Below, one piece after another: positions 52,527 through 64,000 of a DNA stretch of 64,000 bases. The DNA is from Tubulanus polymorphus (taxonomy: Eukaryota > Animalia > Nemertea), in NCBI RefSeq assembly GCF_964204645.1, contig NC_134026.1:7277950-7341949 (forward strand), in the 5' to 3' direction. The notes under the pieces are model-generated. The model had not been told where the DNA came from and ran no database searches. It saw only the letters and a list, made by a program, of their open reading frames with translations. Within the stretch, counting starts at the first letter, position 1; the number at the start of each line of letters is the position of its first letter. The translations under genes and the position numbers were made by a program.

Positions 52527-55370
52527 TTACAGATCAGTTATCGCAGTATGCGGTGTATAGGGAGGAAGCGATTCATTCCGTGTAGAGGTCATGGTTGTTG
52601 AGTAACCCGGTGGTAACTCAGTTGCCATATCGCAAGTTGTCGCTGTTTCCTCCTCACCAGGTGTCGCTACTTCCCCTTCGCTAGGTGTCTCTGCTTGGTT
52701 CGTTTCTTCGCCACTAGGTGTCTCTGATTCAAAAGGACTGTAAGGGGGTGGCGGATTGATATCATCCCATCCTAGTGTTACAATACCTCCTAACCTTGAC
52801 CTTCTAAATCGCCTGTAAAAATCATTCCGTGCCTGATTAGTTATAGGGTCACTGATAGGTGGCGGTAATGGTGCTTTCTTCTTGCCCAATGCGCGCGCAA
52901 TAGCGACGACGAATATGGTCATGGCGAATAGGAACACGCACAGACCCGCGATTGACGTAGCTTGAATCGTACCGACTGGGGACGCTGCTGTAAATAGAAC
53001 AACAATTTCATTCATCATATCCTCAATCTAAATGTGAATACCTGGCATTAAAATTGTTTTTATTTTTTAGTTTCTTGTTTCATTCTACCAGACGATTTCG
53101 TGGTCTTTTTAGAATCATATATGGTTTAAAGTCAGTCGTCAGATACTGATTAATCAGTGCTCGGTTATCTTCAATTCCCCAGTTGCTCAATTCTGAGTTG
53201 AATTGACTCAAAGAGTTTACACATTAAAAATAGACTAGGATCCCGGTTTCCTAGTAAGAGTCAGTATCCGAGTTGAAATAAGTCAAATCTTAAGTCACAA
53301 CTGTTGAACTGGGTTCTGAATTGAACCCTCACAATTGACGTAAACTCACAACTGTGTAACTGAATCTTGAATTCAGAGTCAACTTTTACTCACAATTGTA
53401 AAACATATGGATCCTGAGTTCAGAGTTAACTGTTACTCACAACTGTAAAACATGGATCCTGAGTTCAGAGTTAACTCTAACTCACTGATACAGTGGAACT
53501 GTATCCTGTTTTCAGAGTTGAATCCAACTCACAACTGCGGAACCGGGTCCTGAACTCAGAGTTATCTCTAACCTCGTATTAGCGTAAAGTCCCCATGCAA
53601 GATACTTATCCTCATTGCCACTCTTCCCCCGGAGTAAATGGGCACCTGCTCCTGAGCGCATAGTAGTTGCTCTGATGTTACTTCTCCACAGGGAAATGAC
53701 TGTAGTTAATAGTTACGGGCTGGGGGTAATAAATTGATTTAATCATGGATTCCAAACGCCGTTGAACATTGTAACACAGATGATAAGATAAAAACCCATT
53801 ATGTACACATTGAAATAAATTTGAAATCGAGAATTTATTTAATCAACGACACCTGACGATGATCTCTAGGGTGAGATCGAAACGTCGTGTATTTTATATT
53901 CTAGTTTCTTTGATTGAATAAATTTTCGATTTAAAAATTCTTTTAATTTGTAAATTTTTGGTTTTTTTTGCTTATTATCCGTTCACCACGTTTGAGTGTG
54001 GTTATTGTACTATTGTATCACAGAGTAAAAAAGAGCGCTATAGGAATTGAATTACTATAGTACTATTACTATTTACTCACAATGAACTGGATCTCGAGTT
54101 CAGATTTACTCCGAATTGAATCTTTCACTCAAGTGTTTCGAATTCTTACCCCGATTATGATTGTTTTCACACAGATCAGTTGTCTGCTCCACTGCTTCGA
54201 AACGAAGATATTTGCCGTAGACGATAACATCGGAGAATCTCTTCAAAAACAAACAAAAACATGTTGATTTTAAATGACTTTGAACTGGCCCAACCCCAAC
54301 ATCGGTCTAAGTAGAAACCCGAGTAATATAATATATTCATTTGCCATATATGAAATCTACAGCAAGAAATCATTATTTCAACAATGGCTGGATATAGTAG
54401 AACCCAAATTGGCTGTGAGTAAGAAGAAAATATATGTATATGTTTATGGGAGTGGAGAATGGGGTAAATAATTACGGAGGATGATGAATACTGATTAGAT
54501 GAATCACAGTTAACAAGGATGTTATAGATTGTTAAAAATATTTGTTAATTCGAATTCGATCAGCTTAACTGGAAGTTGGAGTTTAGTATAAAGTTAATGG
54601 TAATTTTCTTTAAACGATTGACAAGGGTATTGAAAGTTGTAGTGGTTTTGATATCCTGTGAAGCATTTTTATTCATTAAACCAAGATACATTCGGTATGT
54701 GTTAAATGTTACCTGCGGATAATCGAAATTGTTTTCTGTGACGCTGAATAGAAGTTTCAAACGGTTTTTATCGACGGACGACGATTTCAGAACAGACCAT
54801 AAAATCTCGTCATCTATATAGAACGTCGCACCGTCTATTGCTGATATGGATATAGAAAATAAAATCGAAACAAAACTAGCGATGGAACTTCGAAACTTTT
54901 GGTAAGATAAAAAGTTGCTCAATATAATCATTAAAGAAACACTACGTATATCCGTGTTGTGAGGATAACATATAATGATGATAATAATAATTTATTTTCA
55001 GTTTACTTATATGGAAATACATGTACAAGATATAATGATGACAATAGTGAATATGTAATAGTAAATGAAGGAAGCAGTGAAAGCCTAGAGGCTGTATAAG
55101 TCACTGCACCTGAAAAGATATAGAATCCTAAGCGAATGGTGCAAATAAAGTCCGAAATGTCTTCAGTATGCCTTTAGATGTCTCTTTGGTTATATTCGCA
55201 ACGTCGAGTTGTATATTCTATTAGCTCAAAGGAGACATTTCGGACTTCATCACTAGTGCGCAGGGATTCTATGTATCTAAGTTTCTTAAGACACCGAAAT
55301 GGCCGGACACATACGTACCTCCATACGACAGAGACAGTAATATAAACACGATGATAGCAACTGCTGCCAT
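52527..55370 (-). CDS. Type I single-pass membrane protein with cytoplasmic PY motifs (4 exons, 243 aa)
   Basis: Phase-consistent exons 55370-55319 (signal peptide MAAVAIIVFILLSLSYG), 54840-54713, 54240-54150, and 52987-52527 (TM SIAGLCVFLFAMTIFVVAIA, then KKK, PPPPY, LPPGY, LPPY). Total 732 nt. Confidence 0.75.
53288..53570. repeat. ~40-bp tandem array derived from the MITE right end
   Basis: About 7 copies of AACTCACAACTGTGGAACTGGATCCTGAGTTCAGAGTT. Confidence 0.75.
53588..53650 (+). mobile_element. CORE-like SINE fragment
   Basis: GTCCCCATGCAAGATACTTATCCTCATTGCCACTCTTCCCCCGGAGTAAATGGGCACC resembles the invertebrate SINE core TCCTTGGGCAAGACACTT...CTCTCCACCCAGGAGTAAATGGGTACC. Confidence 0.5.
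53849..53890 (+). ncRNA. Intact minimal type I hammerhead ribozyme (Penelope-like-element type)
   Basis: ACAC-CTGACGA-T-GATCTC-TAGGGT-GAGATC-GAAAC-GTC^GTGT: complete catalytic core, perfect stem I (ACAC/GTGT) and stem II (6 bp), palindromic ACGT stem III, and a GUC cleavage site. Enclosed by a 23-bp inverted repeat. Confidence 0.8.
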
Positions 55371-56382
55371 ACTGACTGATGATTGAAACCAAGTTTCACA
55401 TAGGCCTATTGATATTGTGCTGGGTTTTTTTGAAGAAGGAAGTTTCATACAAACGCGTATCAAATTAATCTATGTGTCCATTCAATCTATAGATTAGATA
55501 CTTCATGACGAATACAGGATGAAGAGAGGTGTTCCGGGTTTGAGCCCAGTAGTTACTGATACTGATTCAGAGTGGTCATGATACTCCACAGAAAACGGGC
55601 CAGGGTGTCCGAGGTTCGAAGCCGATTAGTTTTCTTATAGATCCCTTATCCTTATGTCCGCCATCTATTGGCTTTTGGCTGAACCATCAAATTTCTGGAA
55701 TTGACAATGGCATAATTTTCACTCAGTCACATTACACATACACCATCTATCGGAAATATAGAATGAGTGTATTCGCAGAATGAGGTTTCCTCACGGAATC
55801 GTTGTCAATAGTATATTTGAATTGAGGCCGAACGCTCATTGACGGAAGTTCCACCCAGATGCCGAGGGTTCATCCGTTCGAGAGAATGCCCATTTTTATG
55901 AAAGTGCCCTTCCTCAAGTAAAAACCTTCATTGAAGGCACATTGACGGAAGTTGCGCCCAGATGCCGACCTCAAGAACATTTGAGCATCGATTTCAAAAC
56001 ATTCACTCATTGGCAACACTTAACTCTCATTCGTTTTCGTTCCATTATGCACATGCTTCAAAAATGTTCGCCCAAAATATGCTTAAAGTAATGAAATTGA
56101 CTCTATTTACATTTCATTTTCAAAAACTTTCTGTGCGAGTGCTTCCAGGACATTAGAGTGGGTAAGTTACAAAATTTTCCACGTTCTAGAAAAAAGTTCC
56201 ACTTCTATGAAAAAACTTCAACATTCATGAGAATCGAACCCCTTCAAAATATGGCGGGCATACGGGCTAGATCTGGTGCGGTAATTAATCAACACGGTAA
56301 TTATGAGATGATAGAGTACAACGATAGAAAACTGTCTAGTTATTTAAGATCGTTGTTTAACGTTACGTTTTGTGCAACTGTA

Positions 56383-59150
56383 AAGTTAAGTTAAGTTTAT
56401 TTACTCCACAATTATACAATTGCACAGAGCACAAAATTAATTTACAATAGACATTGCAACATTTAACATTAGAAATGTATTAAACATTTGCGTATATACA
56501 ACGCCAATTTTTTAAGAGTTTGGCAATTTGAGTTAAACAAATCATACAACTTTACGTTATTGGGGAATCTCCAATAACGCTCCGGGATATATCTAGCTCT
56601 GGATTCCTGGAAGTACGGGCAGACGAGTAAAAAGTGATATTCATCCCCCACCGCCACTAAATCACACTTTTGGCACAGCCTATTGGCACGGGCAATTCCA
56701 CGCCACCGCCCAACTTCCACCGGTAGCCTGTGAGCTGAGCATCTAAATCTACATAAAGTTAACCGGTCCCTAGGGGTTAATTCAGTTAGATACTTTTCCA
56801 TTTCGAAACGGCATTTGATTGTTAAATACGTAACAGCCATAGTGGAATCAGTAAGTTTTGCATGCCAGACTTGCATAAACCGATCCTGCAATCTCTGTTT
56901 AAGAATCAGACTCAAGTAATTCACGTTTGGAATATTTTGATTTTCCCAAATATATCCGAGCCCATTTCGGAGCAAAATGTTCTTCACAGAATCCATCCAA
57001 GAGTTAGCTTGACCGTCAATATAGCTATTATAAACACAACTGTAAACCTTTGACGATAATTTATCATCAGTTATTAATTTTGCCCAAAAATTTACAATTC
57101 TAAGCTGTACGTAAACTTCGAGAGGAAAACGACCCAGTTCTCCATAGACAAATGAGCTATTAGTAGATTTCTTTAACTTGAGTAAATATTTAAAAAATTT
57201 CAGCTGCACGCACTCAAGAACTCGGAGATTTTCGTAACCCCAAATTTCACAACCAAATAATAGAATTGGTAATACCATGCTATCATATAACTTTAAACTA
57301 ACATCAACGTCGAGTGAATGTTCGCTAACCTTTTTTAAAACAGAGAACATAGCCCGCTGTGCTTGGTTTGCTAACGCTTTTCGGCACTGAGCAAAAGACC
57401 CGGTATGGGAGAATAGTATACCCAAATACTTATAGTTATATACTAACTCCAACACTCGACCGTTTATATTAAACTCCGGAGGGTTTCGGAGTCTTCGTTT
57501 CGAGAATATCATTACTTTTGTTTTTTCGCAATTTATTTGTAACTTCCAATCTTTGCAATAAACATGCAGGTTGTCAATCAATTTCTGAAGACCCTGTGGA
57601 CTCTCGCTCATAAGTACTGTATCGTCTGCGTACATAAGGATCATCAATTTGACCCATGCATCATTACGCATGCGCAGATTTAGGGAGGGACAATTTTGAG
57701 CATCTAAATAGCCTTCCAGATCATTTAGAAATATTGAAAAGAGCACAGGGGACAAATTTTCTCCCTGTCTGACACCCATAAAACTTTCAAAGGCATCTGT
57801 TTTACTATCATTAGAAAATACACATGACTTGATGCCCTGGTACATGCTACATATTACATTTAGAACTTTGCCCGTAACACCACTATTGATCATCTTATGC
57901 CACAGAGCCTTTCTCCATATGCTATCAAAGGCACGTTTGTAATCTACAAAAATGCAGTAAAGCTTGCGATTACTATTCAAAAACATATCCACAAGTGACT
58001 TAAGGGAGTATATATGGTCCAGAATGCCGTGTTTTTGTCTGAAACCTGCTTGATTTTCCAGTAGTATATTGTTCGTCTCTAGGTAATTAGTTAGCCGGTT
58101 GTTGATGACACTAGTAAAAAGTTTGCCTACATTGCTCAACAAAGTCACGCCCCTATAGTTACTTGGGTCATCAGCACTACCCTTTTGTTTGAAAATAGGT
58201 ATAATCATTCCGTTTAACCATGATTCGGGGATATTACCTGTATCAAGGACATTGTTAAAAAGACACATAAGTGTTGGTAGTAAACTCTCCTCGGCCGATT
58301 TTAAGAACTCGTTAGGGATTTTGTCCGTACCACATGCCTTAAAGTTTTTTAATTTATTTATACTCTTTAATATTTCATCCCCGTTAATAGGTTGATTTAA
58401 AGGGGTTTGGTCATAGTTATTGCCGTTAAAGTCTTCGACGTTATGAAGCCGTGGTTCACTTCCATCAAGCACAGGACGCTCGTTCATAGATTTAAAGTGA
58501 TTTAGAAAATCAGCGCTTGAGACATTACACGTGTTATTGTGGTTCTTCTTGAAATAGTTCCAGAAGTTGTGAGGGTCAGATTTTGACAGTGAACGTATTT
58601 TCTCGTTGAAAACCGTCTTCCTATCACTATTCCAATTGTGAATGGCGTTTTTGTATTTACGGAACGCACGGTTCATTATGTAGTGATTATTACGTGAGGG
58701 TAAAGATGAGTATGTTCTTTTTGCACGACGATAATCCAACCTGGTGTTTCTAACGACTTCGTTTTGGGTAGCCTTGGCCGGTGGCCGAGGTTTCGATTTA
58801 CGTTTGACAATTCGTTTGCCCATTACTTTAACGGCTGATTGTAACATAACAGCACAAAGCCGTTCATTGGCTTCGCTTGCGCTCAATGACCCATTCATCA
58901 GGTTTTCGTTTATTTCAATAAGGACCGTTGAATTCCTCGAAATGTCTTGTGCGAATTGGTCTTTTTTATCTGGGTCCCAGTTCACTACCTCCTCCGGTTC
59001 GAAATTTTGAGAACCAGTTACAACGAAATTTTGAGAACCAGTTACAACTGGCGCTGATGTCTTAAGTTGTAGATGCGTCACGATGGCACTATGTACGTCG
59101 GAAAGTAACCGGTCGAATGCCATTACCTCCAGCCGCTTTACATTAGTCTT
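56383..59150 (-). mobile_element. 5'-truncated CR1/L2-group non-LTR retrotransposon (LINE)
   Basis: Uninterrupted ORF2 starting in the last motif of the APE endonuclease (LSDVHSAI), a short 3' UTR, and a 3' end AATAAA followed by (CTTAA)n. Confidence 0.9.
56469..59123 (-). CDS. LINE ORF2 reverse transcriptase (endonuclease largely missing)
   Basis: 884-aa ORF with KACGTDKI, NYRGVTLL, QAGFR, FVDYKRAFD, GVRQGENLSPVLF, YADD, YKYLG, and a C-terminal RCSAHRL...CQKC...DEYHFLLVC zinc-knuckle motif. Confidence 0.92.
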   Translation of the reverse strand: MAFDRLLSDVHSAIVTHLQLKTSAPVVTGSQNFVVTGSQNFEPEEVVNWDPDKKDQFAQDISRNSTVLIEINENLMNGSLSASEANERLCAVMLQSAVKVMGKRIVKRKSKPRPPAKATQNEVVRNTRLDYRRAKRTYSSLPSRNNHYIMNRAFRKYKNAIHNWNSDRKTVFNEKIRSLSKSDPHNFWNYFKKNHNNTCNVSSADFLNHFKSMNERPVLDGSEPRLHNVEDFNGNNYDQTPLNQPINGDEILKSINKLKNFKACGTDKIPNEFLKSAEESLLPTLMCLFNNVLDTGNIPESWLNGMIIPIFKQKGSADDPSNYRGVTLLSNVGKLFTSVINNRLTNYLETNNILLENQAGFRQKHGILDHIYSLKSLVDMFLNSNRKLYCIFVDYKRAFDSIWRKALWHKMINSGVTGKVLNVICSMYQGIKSCVFSNDSKTDAFESFMGVRQGENLSPVLFSIFLNDLEGYLDAQNCPSLNLRMRNDAWVKLMILMYADDTVLMSESPQGLQKLIDNLHVYCKDWKLQINCEKTKVMIFSKRRLRNPPEFNINGRVLELVYNYKYLGILFSHTGSFAQCRKALANQAQRAMFSVLKKVSEHSLDVDVSLKLYDSMVLPILLFGCEIWGYENLRVLECVQLKFFKYLLKLKKSTNSSFVYGELGRFPLEVYVQLRIVNFWAKLITDDKLSSKVYSCVYNSYIDGQANSWMDSVKNILLRNGLGYIWENQNIPNVNYLSLILKQRLQDRFMQVWHAKLTDSTMAVTYLTIKCRFEMEKYLTELTPRDRLTLCRFRCSAHRLPVEVGRWRGIARANRLCQKCDLVAVGDEYHFLLVCPYFQESRARYIPERYWRFPNNVKLYDLFNSNCQTLKKLALYIRKCLIHF

Positions 59151-60021
59151 TATCCGACCTCAGCTCCTGGGTACATTAATTCTATTGTCATCCAGATCCT
59201 ATTTACATCAGTACACTAAAAAGAAAACAAACAACCACTGCATTGATCATTGGGTACCGGCCACATATCGAAAGTTATTAGGCATAAACATGCATCACGA
59301 CAGTCGGTAGATTACCCCTCTCACTTATAAAGGCCTAACACTGCCATTCTTTCGATTCGATCACGACCAACAATTTCTCCAAACGTCCGTGCGTTTGGAA
59401 TGAAATAGCCTAGACATTATATATAGTAATCAATATCAGACTATAATATCTTATTCAATACATGGATATTTTTCAAACGTTTCAAAAGTAGAACTGGAAA
59501 GAATGAACTGGAATGTTTTGCTGATTAATTTGACTTTTGCTTAAAAGTAGGACGTGGAGTGTACTGCCGGAACTACAGAAATTGACGATGGATGTTCCTC
59601 ACCGAAGTTAGAACGGTATTATCTTATTGATCACTTTGAAAATCTTCACCGACGGATCATAAATAATTAACAACCCGATTGTTGATTTATTTACTCGCAG
59701 TTTTATTGAATCTACCACGAAATTTCATGACTGAGTTACAAATGTAAATTCAATAGGTTCGAGATTTTTTTACGTACAGGACCTAGTCAGTGAATAACCT
59801 GACTGTTGTTCAGTTTTATAGTCGGATATTTCCAAAACCACCACAAGTGTATCCCATTATGAACCATTATCACCAACGATTAGGAACAAATTAAGAGGTT
59901 ACATTTTTTGCTGCAACACTGGTTACCACTGCTACACGGTAGACCACCGGACACGCAACCTATGTTTGAAAAAATGGAGTTTTAAGTAAAAACACTTTTT
60001 TCCATAAAAGGAAGAAATAAT

Positions 60022-60233
<212 letters not shown>

Positions 60234-63200
60234 ATTTTGCACGTCAATTGAATTGATTGTTTTCTTATTATATTAGTGTTTAATATCGAATCAAATTAAT
60301 TCTTTGAATCGATACAGAACAACTAAAAGTTGACTAATGATTGTGACTTTAATTCATTCATATTTTGCATGAAATCATATGAAATTTTCTATTTTTGTTC
60401 CAGTCGTTACACACCTTCTGCGAATGACGCGGCACTGACCACAATCACAACAACAGCACATAAACGAGTCGTTAAATAAACAATCATTTTCACCGCCTAG
60501 AATTTGAATTAAATTATTGGCAATTTGGCATCTTTAGGAATCACTTATTCTGACTGACACATGTCAAGGTTCGCAATAATGTTGCTCTAAAAGACAAAAG
60601 CTGAAAATAGATATAGGGCATAGCAGCAATAACGGGTTTCTGCATTGCTGATTTGAGCGCCGTACTAGGAAGCGTAAGTTTCATAAGCTTCATAAGTTCG
60701 TAACAGTTAGTATACAAGTAATGATTAATTTGGTGAATGTTTATTTGCAACCCCACGCTGTGCATCTTGATATATATTCACATGACTTTCTGTGGCGGAG
60801 TGTTTCTCTGGCCTTAAGTGCAGGGTGGCCACATCGTTTACGTTTGGCGTCACAGAAACACGGAAACGAGATTCTGTTTCTTGTTTATGCGTGCGTGTGC
60901 TGGGCCTTATATGCAATAAAGACAATCATTGGTAATTCAATTTTTTTGTCTTTAGAACACGAGAATCATTTGATTGAAATCAGTTCCCCACTTCAGTCAT
61001 ATGAAAAATTTCATTAGTTAATTTAGCTTATGAAATTCGCCATCGGTTAAAATGTATAAATACTAAGAATATATTACTATACGAGACAGTATGATCAAAA
61101 TGTACGTCAATTAACAATTGTTACCCGCTTCCCATATATACAATACCAAAAATACATCTTTTTATGTATTTTTGACAATACGCATGTTATCTACTTACGG
61201 TTTTGCTTTTAAGTCCGGTTGCTGCATTCAGTACAGGAACTGTTATATAGGAAATTCACTCGTGAATTTTCAGATATTCAATGGATTATTTTCTATTTAA
61301 GTTTATAAACCTGCCAGGTGTACATTTCAGTACTTGAATCCTGGAGTGGGAACAGATGAAATATCAATCTTTTTCGTCTCACATTTTACTGAAAATTCAA
61401 AACCCAATATCATCTAGCTATATATAATATATGTATTCAAACCGTTAATTTTAAACCGATATAAATGAACCAAAATCTACAGTGGTTTTAATTTGTTTCT
61501 AGAACCGATTCAACAATTAGTTGTGTGGTGTTGACTGTGAATCGGAACCACTTTCACAGTTAAAACGCTCATTAGTTAACTATAGAACTACGATGGATAA
61601 AATCCCAAACATATTGAAACACTGAATTCAAATAAAACCGGACAAGTTTGGACTTTCTGGCGACAACTCAACTGCTATGCTTGGTAACTTCTTGTTGCAG
61701 TGAAACATGATCTAACATTTTTAGCCACCGTGAGGAGTCTCTATCGATCATACTGTTTTAAGGCCACTCAAAGTTGATTCTCATCAATTCTGAAAACCAC
61801 GCACGAGTCCGATAAATTTTTTTTCAAATTATAGGCGCACTCCCACGTCGAGAAATAGCAGATCGTCTCCATTTCATGAAAATTAAAATGCGCCAGCCCG
61901 CATCACGAACCAGCTTTTGCAGCCGTCTGTTTAAATTATTTTGCGTCGTTTTGTGTTATCGGAATTTCAAGTCGTAGAGCCTCTAAGAATGGCCGCAATG
62001 ATTTTTTTTTGTCAATGGAAATTACGTCCGATCCAAAGGATATTTCTTTTTTAAACTGGTCGATTGTCAATTCAGACGACGACAGTACTGTGAAGGGGGA
62101 TTTGTATTTCAAAATGAATTAGATGTATCGCTATCCCTCGTTTCCTGAAAAGATTAAGGAAATTCTTATTATTTTCGCTGCTTTGATAGCCTGGCATTTT
62201 CTACTTACCTCCATTGAAGAATCAAGACTTAATTCTCCAATGGATATTATTTCATACAGACTAGACTTAATTCTCCAATGGGTATTATTTCATTCATATG
62301 TATATCAAATAATATATTATATGGGTATTATGCTAGTATGATGTAAACTCAATCGACTGCCTCACGCATCACCATCACCATACACTCCGACAAAAGTGTT
62401 TATCAAACAATCAAGTAACTTGATGAGTGATGGAAATTTGAAGCCACTTGCACAGTTAACTGCAAATATCGAATATAAAATTTCAATAATTTAATGGGAA
62501 TGAGGAATAATCGTTATTGAACATTAAAAGCTGAAAACACCTGCAGTAGATCTGTGATGGGTAGCATCAGGCTTGCATTTCTTCAGCAGAGGATAATCTA
62601 ATCTTAATTTATCGTAAATTAAAATAATTGATTCTTAATAGTTAACACATCGATAACATGAGAAATACTTCTCAGTGCAGCATAGATCTTACGTACTATA
62701 GCCTTTATCCAACCTCAGCTTCGGGGAACATACAGAAGAAAATACTTGCAGCGGTATTTTCATCAATTCACTGAAGAAAGAACTTACAATTGCATCATTC
62801 ACTGGGTGCCGACCACATCGAAAATCAATATACATTAACATATACCTCACGACAGTCGGATTACTCCTCTCACGTACTTATATCGTCACCACTCTTTCAA
62901 TTCACGTGAGATTTATGTATTCAATCATCATTTTAAACAGCTCTTTGGCACCATTATTTCTAGATTTACTAACCCTAGTAGATTTCTTTTCAACCTATCT
63001 GATATTATTAAAGGCTATTATTAGGCTTTCCTTAAGTCACCATAGTTCTGTGTGAAATCAAAAACAATTTATTCAATTTGCTTTTCGTTGTACTTGATCA
63101 CTTTCACACCAGTAATCAAAGGAACCCTAACTTAATTAATTTTGGGATAAAAAGCATATACCGAGCATCGAGTAGCCAATCACCAACTCCATCCATACCA

Positions 63201-63259
63201 CAAACTTGGTGGTATTTTCTAATCCACTAATTACTGGTACTGTAGTTGAAAAAAAGGAT

Positions 63260-63436
63260 TCTGAGGGTTGCACCGGCGTAGAACCCAATATTTACTGATA
63301 CTGATTTAGGACTAGTCCTGATGCTGAATAGTGAACGAACAGGGGTGTCCCGGGTTCGAACCCAACGAACTGTACTGATTCAGAGTGAACCTGATGCAGT
63401 ATAGACAACGAATAGGTTTGTCCCGGGTTTGGAATC
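63260..63436 (+). repeat. tRNA-like B-box repeat units (SINE-like)
   Basis: Units ACTGATT.AG...GGTGTCCCGGGTTCGAACCC repeated 2-3 times. A homologous pair lies at 55525-55625. Confidence 0.45.
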
Positions 63437-64000
63437 ATATATCGTTCCAACATTGCAGAACTTAAATGAATTCAACAACTTTTGAAAAAAATATACTTCA
63501 CTCATTATCAACTATAAGTCCCTTTTTCTCTCAAGATTTATAAAACAATAAATGCCGTGCCTGTACTCGTCTGCAAATATCCCGTGACACCGCCGTATTG
63601 ACAACTAATAGACGTGTGATTTGTACAGAACCCCGAAATATGTTAAAGAAATATACATATTGGCAAATCTCCAACAATGAAGGCTACAAACTGTATGACG
63701 TCACCTGGACAACGTACACCTAGCTTAAACTTGAAAGAGATTGTACGCCAGCAGGGCCACAGATCTAGGGCCTACTGCTGATTAAGGGATTTGGGTGCAT
63801 TCCAAGATAGGGCATGTCATGATCATATGATTAAAAGGGCACCCAAAAGAAAGCTGATTTTTGGAAATACAGAGAACAAACTCATGAAAACTTTTTTAAG
63901 ATATAAGCTTAAATTTCAGGGCAATCTAAAATTATAGGAATGAGTGCGCAACCCTGCAACTTCCCTTGGCTCCATCCCTAGCCGGTGGGTTCGAGTCCTA

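Overview
AT-rich, intron-containing animal (invertebrate, probably spiralian; this is an inference) genomic DNA. Six protein-coding genes, all on the minus strand and all membrane or sensory-type: two near-identical tandem class A GPCRs, a 24-exon ankyrin-repeat TRP channel (TRPV-like/TRPVL candidate, about 988 aa, with a 9-nt microexon and a duplicated alternative exon), a two-exon Shaw/Kv3-type K+ channel subunit with an aberrant filter (TKIGYG) and S6 gate (AVP), an otopetrin proton-channel homologue lacking the conserved TM12 His, and a four-exon type I membrane protein with three PY motifs. There is also a young 5'-truncated CR1/L2-group LINE, an LTR remnant, Harbinger- and Tc1/pogo-type MITEs with MITE-derived minisatellites, and degenerate tRNA-Glu and 5S copies. 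The most striking non-coding signal is a dispersed family of minimal type I hammerhead ribozyme motifs (about 10 copies, three covarying stem II variants), several arranged back-to-back on opposite strands. All exon boundaries were read by eye from GT-AG signals and codon phase; no database search was run.
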